A stretch of 64,000 nucleotides of DNA from the NCBI RefSeq assembly GCF_006345805.1, contig NC_042999.1, forward strand, positions 124,001 to 188,000, read 5' to 3'. Below, one piece after another: positions 37,485 to 48,953 of the stretch; position 1 is the stretch's first letter; every line of letters starts with the position of its first letter. The notes below the pieces were generated by a model. That model did not search any database, was not told the origin of the DNA, and saw only the letters and a list, made by a program, of their open reading frames with translations. Position numbers and translations under genes: made by a program. Origin of the DNA: Octopus sinensis. Its lineage: Eukaryota.

Positions 37485-37720
37485 TTGGGTTGTCCGGAAA
37501 GTTCATGCCGATTGTTAAAGGAAAGAAAAAGGTCAATAAATACTTGCCATTACATTTTTAATCAACCAAATATGAAACATTTTGTTGTACAATGCGTCTC
37601 CATCTTACCTTTAACTTGAAAATACCCTCTTCCCAGAATTGGGGTGGTTTCAGGGCAAAGAATTCATCAAGGTATCTTTTTACATCATCCAAGGAATTGA
37701 AATTTTTGCCATTAATATAT
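37485..37720 (-). mobile_element. Mariner transposon 3' end
   Basis: INGKNFNSLDDVKRYLDEFFALKPPQFWEEGIFKLKVRWRRIVQQNVSYLVD* followed by TIR TA|TTGGGTTGTCCGGAAAGTT. Confidence 0.85.
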
Positions 37721-37999
37721 TTATCCTACGCTACACAGAGTACCCATATAGTTAACTCGGCAAATTGGGAATAATATACGGTACCCTGCAACTAGTAGCA
37801 TATGAATTTTTATGAGCGCACTGATAGGCCTTTATCATATACAAAATAGTACATACATACATACATACATACATACATACATACATACATACATACATAC
37901 ATAATGATTCAATTGCATTGATTGAATATCTTCATTTATGCGTTCTGGAATTTGGTTGACTGCCTAGGATTTGCGTTTTCATTTTCCTTCACTTTGTAT

Positions 38000-38065
<66 letters not shown>

Positions 38066-38499
38066 ACACAAACACACACACACAAACACACACACACATA
38101 AATATTCTTATATTCTTTTACTTGTTTCAATCATTTGGCTGCGGTCATGTTGGAGCGCCGCCTTTAAATTTTACATAGCTCCGACGGGAGGTAACTGAGA
38201 GAAGCCAAATCAGCGTAGCAGGAACGGAATTCAAATAAAGAACTCAAGGGACCCTGTTAAACACAGACCATAGTAGCTAAAGCCCATGCAGTTGAACAGT
38301 ATCAGTATGAGAAGTACATGTAACCCTATGCTATCGTAATACAACAGTATTACAAAAGCCTTGGAGTGTCTTTAGTAAATTAGAAGCGGTACACCAAGGG
38401 AAAGTGAAAGACGCTAAATTGACTTAGAAGGAATGGATTATATATATATATATATATATAATATATATATATATATAATATATATATATATGTATATAT

Positions 38500-38812
38500 A
38501 TAGATATATAAAATAAAAAAGAGAGGAAAAACTACAGAAGGCTTGTGTTAAAAGGTTAAACAATATATTTAAGTCGTTATGTTAGAAAAATGTTATAAAA
38601 TTTTGTGTATAGTAACATAGCTTTTTGAGAAATAATCGGTTTCGTATTTTCTTTTCAAATTTCTTTTACCTACATCGTGTCATGCCATCGCTATGAAGAA
38701 GTATGGGATTCCAGGCAGGGTACAAAATTTTCTAACATTTTTCTAAATATATTCTTTAACCTTATAAAACAAGCCTTCTGTAGTTTTTTCACTCTTTATA
38801 ATTTTTTATATA
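38500..38812. mobile_element. Fold-back element next to (TA)n with hammerhead half-motifs
   Basis: ~85 bp inverted arms (38500-38592 vs 38724-38812); spacer holds CGAAACCG on (-) and CTATGAAGAAGTAT on (+). Confidence 0.6.
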
Positions 38813-39138
38813 TCCAACCACGTGCTTTCACACACCAACTCTCTCACCTATATATATATATTGATATATAAAACTATGATTTTAAATAACATCCAGTAAG
38901 TGCTTCCGTCCACCAAAGTTACTCACAAGCCTTTGGTCGGATCGGGGCAATACCAGTAAGAGATACTTTGTCCAAGGTGCCATGCAATAAAACTGAAACT
39001 CTGAAACTATATGCTTACTAAGCGAGCTTCTTATTCACGAAAAATATCCAAGCTTAACAAAAGCTGTGAGAGAATTGCTCTAACAATGTTTGCAGAGATC
39101 CTAATACGGCTGTTTTTCTAGAACATTGATATATCTAT

Positions 39139-39453
39139 TTTTTTATTTATGCGCCCTTTTCAAGCCTAGCCAGATTCATGGGCCCGGTTTCCTGGTTTCT
39201 GTGGTGTATGTGTTTCCCCCCAGCTGGACAGGACACCAGTCCATCGCAGCGTTACTCAAGAAACAGGAAGAGAGAGTGAGAGAAATTTGTAGCGAAAGAG
39301 TACAACAGGGGTCGCCACTACCTCCTGCCGGAGCCTCGTGGAGCTTTTAGGTGTTTTCGCTGAATAAACACACACAACGCCCGGTCTGGGAATCGAAACC
39401 GCGATCCTCCGACCGCGAGTCCGCTGCCCTAACCACTGGGCCATTGCGCCTCC
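39139..39453 (-). mobile_element. SINE family 3, full length
   Basis: GGAGGCGCAATGGCCCAGTGGTTAGGG head; probable TSD ATATATCTAT at 39129-39138 and 39457-39466. Confidence 0.9.
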
Positions 39454-39764
39454 ACCATATATCTATCCTTACTGGTAATTTGTCGCTGTCCTTACCGAAC
39501 GTGTTGGGTATCTCTCCAGTTAGACTAATTACAAATGAGATTAATAATACGTTCCTTAACTGTTATTAAAATTTTAATTGAACGGCAAGGTCGATGTAGT
39601 TTTTTTTTAGTAATTGGCATTGTTACATCGATAATTAATTCGCCATTGTCATTTTAGTCTGAATGACGTCAAGATTATTATGTGTTACCTGATGGTCGGT
39701 TTGTAAGGTAAGGGTCCGTAATATTTTCATATTCTATTATCTAAGACATGTGGAGAGAATTGCA

Positions 39765-39813
39765 TCATCCATCAACATCATCGTCATCATCATCGTCATC
39801 GTCGTCGTCGTCG

Positions 39814-39857
<44 letters not shown>

Positions 39858-40029
39858 GCCTCCCCCATCATCATCATCATCATCATCAATCAACATCATC
39901 ACCAACGCCATCATTATTGTCCTCCTCCTCGTCGCCATCGTCGTCCTCGTCATTTTTATTATCATCGTCATCGTCGTCGTCTTCTTGTTCTTGTTCTTGT
40001 ATTTTTTGTTGTTGTTGTTGTTCTTCTCC

Positions 40030-40069
<40 letters not shown>

Positions 40070-40181
40070 CATCATTAAAATTATTATTATCATTATTATT
40101 ATTATCATTATTATTACTATTATTATTATTATATTATTATTATTATTATTATTATTATTTATTATTATTATTATTATTATT
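39765..40181. repeat. Compound triplet microsatellite (ATC)n-(GTC)n-(TTG)n-(TTA)n
   Basis: Direct reading; abuts the Dong 3' end. Confidence 0.92.
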
Positions 40182-41561
40182 CAGTAGTTTTATTTTTATA
40201 GCGTGCTTTCACTTCACTACCGAGCGCAGCTCTGTGTGCCTTGGGTATGTGCTGTGATTTGTTGTGATGCTCTGATGGTTATTGTATGGAAAGTGTTCTG
40301 CGTAGGATGTGTGCAGTGCCTAGTAGTGCAATTTTCTGTATGTTATATGTGTTTGTAAGTCCAGGTGTTTTTGTTATGTATTTGTCTGAATATTTTTTTA
40401 TCATGCCTAATGCACCTACTATGATAGGAATTGTTTCTGTTTTCAGGTTCCACATTCTAGTTACCTCTATTTCCAGGTCTTTGTATTTTGAGAGTTTCTC
40501 CATTTCTTTTAGAGACACGTTGTCATCTGCCGGTATTGATACATCAATTAGAAAGCATTTTTTTTCTTCATGATCTCTGACAACTATATCTGGTCTGTTG
40601 GCCTTAATTTCTCTATCTGTGTGTATCGCCATATCCCAGAGTATGGTTGCTTTCTCGTTTTCTGTGGCCTTTTCTGGTGTGTGCCTATACCATCTTTTTT
40701 CTGTTGTTATTCCATAATGTTGGCATAGCTTCCAATGTATGTAGGTTCCAACTCTGTCATGTCTGTGAATATATTCCTTCTTAGCCAGGACTGGGCAGCT
40801 AGAGATAATATGATTTATTGTTTCTTGTCCATCTCCACATATTCTGCAGTTACTTGTAATATTTCTTTTCATTACATGTTTTTGGTAATTTCTGGTGGGG
40901 AGGCTTTGGTCTTGTGCTGCAATTAAAAAACCCTCTGTTTCTGCTTTGAGTCCTGAGCTTCTCAACCATTGCTGGGATTTTTCTTTGTCTATTTCTTTTG
41001 CGTTTAGTTTAGTGCAGTATTTACCATGAAGGGGCTTTTCTTGCCATCGTTTTATCATGGCTCGTTGCTGTTCTATTTTTAGTTTGGATTTCATTCGTTT
41101 TATAGCTTTTGTTGTTTCTTCATCATCTTCTTCTTCTTCTTTGTGTTTATTAGGTGGTATGATTTCTTGTTTGTATTTGTCAGCTTCCTTAAATACTGAG
41201 AACAGTTTTTTGTTTTGCTCGTGTTTTGCTGCTATCTGGATCAGTTTTCCTTCCTTCTGAAGTAGGTATTTTTGCAGTCCTATGGTGGTTATTTTATAGT
41301 AGTTTTCCAGCTGTATAAGGCCTCTACCACCTTCTATACGTTGTATATATAGTCTTCTATGTCAGATTTTGGGTGATGCATCCTAGATCCTGTCAGTATT
41401 TTTCTTGTTTTCCTATCTATTTTGGACAGTTCATTTCGTGTCCAGTTAAGGATATTGTAGCTGTAACTTATAACTGGGACAGCTAAAGTGTCGATACCTA
41501 TTATCTTGTTTTTAGCATTGAGCTCTGTTTTTAGTATTGATCTAACTCGTCTATAATATTC

Positions 41562-41562
<1 letters not shown>
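40182..41562 (-). mobile_element. R4/Dong family A, 1.4 kb 3' portion
   Basis: Open frame ~41370-40279 with EGGRGL, AAQDQSL, CRICG..HIISSC, RPDIVV..IDVSIP, KxxKY, LGTAHILR; both ends on (TAA)n. Confidence 0.95.
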
Positions 41563-41629
<67 letters not shown>

Positions 41630-41635
41630 TATTTA

Positions 41636-42010
41636 AGGCGGCGAGCTGGCAGAAACGTTAGCACGTCGGGCGAAATGCTTAGCGTTATTTCGTCTGTCGT
41701 TACGTTGTGAGCTCAGATTCCGCCGAGGTCGACTTTGCCTTTTATCCTTTCGGGGTCGATAAATTAAGAACCAGTTACGCACTGGGGTCGATGTAATCGA
41801 CTTAATACCTATGTCTGTCCTTGTTTGTCACCTCTATGTTTAACCCCTTGTGAATAATAAAGAAATAGGTATTTCGCCCGTCGCTACGTTCTGAGTTCAA
41901 ATTCTGCCGTTGCCGACTTTGCCTTTCATCCTTTCAGGGTCAATAAATTAAGCACCAGTAATCGACACATTCCCCAAAATGGGTGCTCTTGTGTCAAAAT
42001 TTGAAGCTGC
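41636..42010 (+). mobile_element. Meta-domain SINE hybrid dimer (tail A then tail B)
   Basis: Junction 41867/41868; shares diagnostic variants with 583-984; lies within (TTA)n. Confidence 0.87.
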
Positions 42011-42053
<43 letters not shown>

Positions 42054-42572
42054 GAGTGAGAGAGCAGTGCATGCTATCAAAGTGACACGGGTAAACTATA
42101 CGAAGCCCAGTATACCCATCATGACTACCCGTCTGATAAGGGTACACTAGGCACATGCATCACAACATGCTGATTTCATATCAAGATAAACAGCACATGA
42201 CTTTACAGGTGGGGGTCCAGTTAGAATTTTCTTCTGGTCGAGTAACCTATCCCGCTTAAAAGGCCCCTGAATAAGGATTGTTTGAGGATGTTGAACTAAC
42301 CACCCATGTTTCCAGAGGTGAATTATCCAAACCCCAAAGAATTCTTCCTCTCAACACGTGGCTATGATGCTCCTCCACTACTTCTGCTCGTGATCAGAGA
42401 TGCACATATCGTCAGCCACTAAGGGACAAGCTCAACTGGTTATGGTCAAACAACTGACAAGCAAATCTGTGGTATTCAGCAGAATATTTGCTGTAGCCCA
42501 TCTTTTATAGCAAGACAAAACAATGTACATGTTAACACTTCCAATCAGTTTAGATCAGAAATTACGAGAGCC
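42054..42572 (-). mobile_element. ~530 bp non-coding (AAT)n-tailed element
   Basis: Homologous to 8334-8866. Confidence 0.85.
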
Positions 42573-42619
42573 ACTGTCTGACACTGCATCAGTGCATTGG
42601 TACTGCATCAGGGCACTTT

Positions 42620-44570
42620 AGTTCTACATCATTCTCAGCACGTTGGCTTGATAGTTCAGAGTCAATAAGCTCTGATCTTGGCCAACCAAGATAAAGCCTT
42701 CATTCTCTGCCTTTAGCCCTGGGCTCTATAGCCACCGATGAGTGTGCTCCTGGTCTACATCCGCTTGTTTGCTACGGGCCACATATCTGCCGTGCAGAGG
42801 TTTTTATTCCCACCTATCAGCCAATTGTTCAAACACATTTTGCTTTGCTATTGATTTCACCTTCTTTGCAACTACAGTTGCTACACTTCCCTTATGCTGT
42901 TCAACCTGCATAAACTCACTTGAAAATTTTTTGCTCTCCTTCATAACAGAATGTAGCGTCTTACGTCTTTCATGGTTTCCAACGAGCTTTAGCATCCAGA
43001 CGTTAGATGTTTCAAGATATTCTGCCAGTCCAATTGAGGTGGTTTTGTGGGAGATTTCAAATGGGATCAAGCCTCGACTTCCTTGAGCTCTAGGTAGACA
43101 AAGACGATCTGCGTCTGCCTTTGGTTGGTGCATTTTATTGCAAGTCAGCAGCTTATTGATTTTCCTTTCAATCCTCCTTATTTCGCTCATATTCCAGTTC
43201 AACACATTTAAACTGCAAATAACAACCGGAACTGCCAAGGAATTTATAGCTAACACCTTGTTACGTGCATTTAACTCAGATTTTAGGACTGATCGAACTC
43301 TCCTGTAACACTCCTTCCTGATCTTCTCTTTCATACTCGCATGTTGAATGCCAGATTCCCTCATTTATTCCGAGGTATTTCTAAGTTTGTTGCTGCTCGA
43401 GTTCTTTTTTTATGACTGTGTCAAAATCCAACACCGCTGAATATGAGGTCTTCAGTTTCCCTTTCTGGAAAGTGACCTTGGCATATTTATCAAGACCAAA
43501 TTCCATGCTGATGTCATCACTGAATGCTTTCATAGTACGTAGTAGTCCTTCAAGCTCATTATCGTCTCTTGCCGTAGAGTTTTAAGTCATCCATATAAAA
43601 TAGATGACTTACTTTCTTGTCGGCAATTTTATATCCATACCCTGTCCTATTAAGTTCACTTGTAAAGAGTATTAGGGCTATGCAGAAAATTAAAGATGAA
43701 AGTGAGTCACCTTGGAAAACATGGCAGTTGATATCAATATTTTTTTTGCGGTCAGTACTCCATTAGAGTGGTATAATTGGAAATTCGTATTCCACATTGA
43801 CATGTTCTGCTTCGGGAAGCTTGAAATCACAGGAGAAATGTTGAAGATATCCAGCGATTTCAAGACCCATGAATGCGGTTTGCTATCAAAGGCATTTTTA
43901 TAATCAATTCATGCAGAACTGAGATTTCTGCGTTTGATATGACAGATCTCAGGTATCATGCGATTGATTAAGAGTTGGCCTTTGCATCCTTTGCATTCAT
44001 ATGAACCTCGTCGCCATCCTTTTTGTTCAGTGGGGAAAATATCGTTCTGTTCCATAAATTTGTATGTTTTCTCCACGAGGATGGATGTTAAAATTTTATA
44101 CATGGTAGGCAGACATGTGCCGATAGTTTTGGGGAAATTTAGTTTCATTATTCTGCGGAAGTAGGTAAGTAATACCTTTTGCTAACCAATCAGTTATTTT
44201 TGTAGGATCTCTCATAATTTCATTGAATAACTGGGCTAACTTATTGTGTACGCACGGGAGCGAAGTAAACCAGAAATTTGGCATTCTATCACTACCAAGA
44301 TATTTCCACTTATAAGTCTTCATGAGTGTCATCTTTGGGTCTGCTATTGTGATGCCTTCCAATGCTTGTCCTGGTAAGTTTTGGTAGGATCCTTCTGTGT
44401 GTCTAATCCAGTCTGCATTTTCATTGTAAGTCTTTTCATTATATTTTTTCAGAAGGTTTTTAACTTCTTCCGTGGCAGGCCCGGGGTGAGGGTCTTCAAC
44501 GGTTATTTTGTCCTTCCTTATTTATTTGTAGAATGTTCACGCTTTGAGAGTTATTGTTCAGTTGTCCAGC
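42620..44570 (-). mobile_element. R4/Dong family C, decayed RT and downstream region
   Basis: TCLPTMYKILTSI..PTEQKG, IDYKNAFDS.PH, VFQGDSLS, ECYRRVRSVLKSELNARNKVLAINSLAVP, GFILVGQDQSL, with stops and frameshifts. Confidence 0.9.
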
Positions 44571-44695
44571 TGGGTTGTATTAGTGTTTCTGTGTTTTCGG
44601 CTGCTGACTGGTCAGAGAAGCAAAGAACACGTCCAGCCGCTGTCCTCCTCCTCCTCCTCCTCCCCATCATCATCATCATTATTATTATTGTTATT

Positions 44696-44802
44696 GAGTG
44701 AGAGAGCAGTGCATGCCATCAAAGTGACACTGGGGTAAAATATACGAAACCCAATATACCCATCATGACAACCCGTCTGATAAGGGTACACTAGGCACAT
44801 GC
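44696..44802 (-). mobile_element. 3' end of the ~530 bp element
   Basis: GAGTGAGAGAGCAGTGCATGCCATCAAAGTGACACTGGGG next to (TTA)n. Confidence 0.85.
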
Positions 44803-44813
44803 ACCTAGTGTAT

Positions 44814-44867
<54 letters not shown>

Positions 44868-44893
44868 TATTATCATCATCATCATCATCATCA

Positions 44894-44949
<56 letters not shown>

Positions 44950-44952
<3 letters not shown>

Positions 44953-45087
44953 TAATATACGCCATACATGCACAACAAATTAAACTGTTGGAAAAAAATT
45001 CCTAGAGCGGACTACAAGTAACCTTAGTTGCCAAAAACTCTCTTAAACATTCTAGCAGTCCCTAATAACACTGTTTTCTGGAGCTAC
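44950..45087 (-). mobile_element. R4/Dong family D 3' tip
   Basis: LQKTVLLGTARMFKRVFGN* plus 3' UTR ending on (TAA)n. Confidence 0.75.
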
Positions 45088-45109
45088 ATTGGATTAAATA
45101 AATAAATAA

Positions 45110-45270
45110 TCGTTCCTATGATGGGTTCGAATGGAACTTGTTTTATCGATCCCGAACGGATGAAAGGCAAAACCAACCTCAACAGAATTTGAACTCGGAA
45201 CGATAAGACGGACGAAACGCCCTTAAGCATTTTGTCCGACGTATTAACGATTATTACAGCTCGTCACTTT
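45110..45270 (-). mobile_element. Meta-domain SINE, diverged
   Basis: Core and head recognisable. Confidence 0.62.
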
Positions 45271-45309
45271 AAATAAATAAATAAATATATAAATAAATAA
45301 ATGAAAATG

Positions 45310-45738
45310 AATAAGTGGCTGTGTGGCAAGTAGCTTGTTTACAAACCACATGGTTCCGGGTTCAGTCACACTGCGTCGCACCTTGGGCAAGTGTCTTCTA
45401 CTATAGCCTTGGGCGGACCAAAGCCTTGTGAGTGGATGTGGTAGACGGAAACTGAAAGAAGCCCATTGTATACATGTATATGTATATATATATATATGTG
45501 TGTCTGTGTGTGTGTGTGTGGGGGGGGTATATGTTTGTTTGTCTGTGTTTGTCCCCCGCCCCCAACATCGCTTGATAACCGGTACTGGTGTGTTTACGTC
45601 CCCGTAACATTAGCGGTTCGGCAAAAGAGACCGACTAGGCTTACAAAGAATAAGTCCTGGGGTCGATTTGCTCGACTAAAGGCGGTGCTCCAGCATGGCC
45701 ACAGTCAAATGACTGAAACAAGTAAAAGAGTAAAAGAG
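45310..45738 (+). mobile_element. SINE family 2
   Basis: Head, body, (TA)n(TG)n and tail. Confidence 0.88.
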
Positions 45739-46029
45739 ATAATGCAAAAACGTGGATCGTTATGCAAGGCTTTGCTATCGGAAACCTACGAGGGATTAAT
45801 TTTATTCTATATTTTTATTCCATCTTTTACATTCTCTTAAAGACAATTTGGCCCACAATTCCATACAACTCTTCTCGACATTCTTTTTTGTTCCTCCGGT
45901 AATCCATTAAGATTTTATCCTTTGCCTGGTTTTCGTTCACTCCATCTGAGAGGGTGGATGTCAATGTCCTTTATGTTACCGATAGACTGATTACGTTAAG
46001 GTTGATGGTTTGGAAGTTCTTAGAAATAA

Positions 46030-46900
46030 TTGTTTTCTTATCTCCCAGCAACCAGTTTGCCATTATCTATTATTGTTATAGCTATCTTGCTGAAAGCCCC
46101 CTCACAACGGCCCTGTGTGTACTTGTAAGATTTTTCAGCCAATACTTAAGCACCTTATCGATTATAGGGATTTTTTCCCCTTTTTTTGCTATTTTTAATG
46201 CTACGCTCATTTCTTCGGTCGATATATTTCGCAATCCTTGCATTTTATTTTCTACCTTTTGTTCAACCTCTTGCACAAACTCTGCTGCTATTTTCGTTGT
46301 GGGTGACAGCAGCCCACAATACATCTACCTACTATTTCATTATTTTTAGCTTTCTTTGCTGATGCTGTTATCTCTATGATTGACTTACTTAATCTTCTAT
46401 AGAATGCTCTGAGCTTTCTTTCAAATAGTTCATTATGTTAAAGAAACATTTACGCCATTCAAATCGCTTAATACGTTGTCTTTGCCGATATTTCTTATCT
46501 TAATCTCTTTTCTATTTCTGTGACTTACTCTTTTCTCTTGATGCTATATTTCCTAAATTCATTTTTATTTGTTTCCTTATTGTAACTATTTAAATTTTTG
46601 GGCATTTCTTTATTTACGTAATTCAGCATTCTTAGACTTATTTTTTTTACTATTTTTGTCTCCTTTGCTTCATTCTTTAATCCACGTTGCAGTTTCGTAT
46701 TTGTCTCAATGTTCACTCCACCTTTTAACACCGTGTTTATATATTTTTGATATTTGGATTGCAACTAAACAAGCAAATTGCTTTCCTATTTCATTGGTGG
46801 GGTTAATGTTTTCTTTTCTTTCTGAAACCTCTCACAATGCTCTGCTGTAATGGGAAATGCTTTCAACACAATCCTTTTGTTTAAGCATATTTCAATAGAG
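46030..46900 (-). mobile_element. Decayed R4/Dong N-terminal to RT-proximal fragment
   Basis: ISTEEMSVALK..DKVLKYWLKNLTSTH, matching the equivalent region of family C (MPNFWFTSLPCVH). Confidence 0.6.
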
Positions 46901-47275
46901 TTTTCTCTGTTCCTCACTTTTCACCTGATTTGCTTCTTATATAATCTGTCATTATTTTCAAATCATTGTCACGAAGAGAAGTCTCTTCAGATTTATTGAC
47001 TCAGTTTAGATTCTCCAAATCCTTTTTTTTAATTATTAGCTGGGAGTCGTCAAAATATCATACTACTAAGGTTTGTTTCTGCTGTTTTTGTTTGTCCAAC
47101 CATATCCAACCGTTATGAAGGAAACAAATGTCATGTAGGTAGAGGGTGGCATGATGGTTTTTACTTCATTGATTCAGCATTTCAGGTTTGACATCCATCC
47201 ATCTCGTTGACCATTTCACAGTGTTTCCTACATTCAGAGGCATTGTGTCAATTGGGGAATGTAACATTTTCATTG

Positions 47276-47530
47276 TGGAGGCACGTGACTTTGTGGCTTG
47301 GGTGTTGCACTCTCGACCGCTAGATCGTGGGTTCGATTCTCGTAGCGAGCGTCATTTCACGGTGCTCCAGTCCACCCCATGTAAATGGTTAAGACTGAGA
47401 CGGACTAGTCTTTTGATCAGGGGGAAATGTTGGCCTGCCAGCCTAGCCAGCGATGGGTGGCGGCGTCATTCGAAAGCTAAACACAATGCGAAGCGATGCA
47501 TAACATCCGACAGTCTGATTGATCACTTGA
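47276..47530 (+). mobile_element. Old SINE (family 4-like) with the tail shared with 56498 and 9425
   Basis: GGAGGCACGTG..GGGTTCGATTC head; GCCTAGCCAGCGATGGGTGGCGGCGTCATTCGAAAGCTAAAC tail. Confidence 0.6.
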
Positions 47531-48124
47531 TATTTCCATTACTAAGTTACTAATGTTACCTTGTATGCACTTATGACTGCTGTTGATTTTGAACCCCAGG
47601 TCAACTCTAATTGAACAGGCTATGATTTAAAGTATTTCACTTATACTCATCTAGTATTTTTTAGAAGTATGTAGAATTACAGTATCTAATGGGTCCAGTT
47701 TTTGTATATACATTAGAGTTTCCAGCAAGACTTAAATGCCCTGCTTTGCCTTAGGCCCTTAGCTCTCTGACGGAGTCGTAGGATCACAGTGATGACATAC
47801 GGCCCAGCTCTGATTATAGCCGATTTCTTTCATAAAGTGAGACAGATAGAAAGGATGAAAGAAAGCCAAGAGATGAAACGAACCTAGTACACGTCTGGTA
47901 CTTTATCTATCGACTCCGAAAGGATGAAAGTATAAATCTCTAAGTTTTAATTCTCGATAGGATTCGAACTCAGAGCGCTGATAACCAGAACGGTTATCGC
48001 AAAGTAATCTACCCAACGTTCTAAAACCTTTGGCAGTTGCCTGTCTTAGGACTTGAATATTCCATAATGGATTTCATATATTATTTGTGTTGGGCAGATG
48101 TTTATAATGTATATTTACATTTAC

Positions 48125-48462
48125 ACTTTTACTCTTTTACTTGTTTCAGTCATTTGATTGTGGCCATGCTGGAGCACCGCCTTTAGTGGAGTAAATCAAC
48201 CCCAGGGCTTGCCGAACCGTTAAGTTACGGGGATGTAAACACACTAACACTGGTTGTCAAGCGGTGGTGGGGGACAAAGCAGACACACGCACAGATCTGC
48301 ACATACGATGGGCTTCTTTCAGTTTCTGTCTACCAAATTCACCCACATCGATGTAGTCGGCTCAAGGCTATAGCAGAAGACATTTGTCCAAGGTGCCATG
48401 CAGTGGTACTGAACCTAGAACCATGTGGTTGCGAAGCTCCCTCCTTACCACAAGCCATGCCT
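48125..48462 (-). mobile_element. SINE family 2, diverged
   Basis: Tail, body and head recognisable. Confidence 0.78.
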
Positions 48463-48516
48463 GATTACTTATCATTTATAATAAAGTTGTTGTTACGGTA
48501 TTATATTATCTCATAG

Positions 48517-48933
48517 AGGCCGGCGAGCTGGCAGAAATGTTAGCACGCCGGGCGAAATGCTTGGCGGTAATTCGTCTGCCGTTACGTTCTGAGTTCAAAT
48601 TCTGCCGAGGTCGACTTTGCCTTTCATCTTTCGGGGTCGATTAGATAAGTACCAGTTACGCATTTGGATCGATATAATCGACTTAATCCGTTTGTCTGTC
48701 CTTGTTTGTCCCTTCTGTGTTTAGCCCCTTGTGGGTAGTAAAGAAATAGGTATTTCGTCTGCCGTCACGTTCTGAGTTCAAATTCCGCCGAGGTCGACTT
48801 TGCCTTTCATCCTTTCAGGGTCAATTACATAAGTACCAGTTACGCACTGGGGTCGATATAATCAACTTAATCCATTTGTCTGTCCTTGTTTGTCCTCTCT
48901 GTGTTTAGCCCATTGTGGGTTAGTAAAGAAATA
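48517..48933 (+). mobile_element. Meta-domain SINE dimer with 20 bp TSD
   Basis: GGTATTATATTATCTCATAG at 48497-48516 and 48934-48953; junction 48748/48749. Confidence 0.93.
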
Positions 48934-48953
48934 GGTATTATATTATCTCATAG

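Noticed and set aside
39380-39453. tRNA gene
   Set aside because: A/B boxes are present but the acceptor stem is not complementary and the sequence continues into a SINE body repeated elsewhere.
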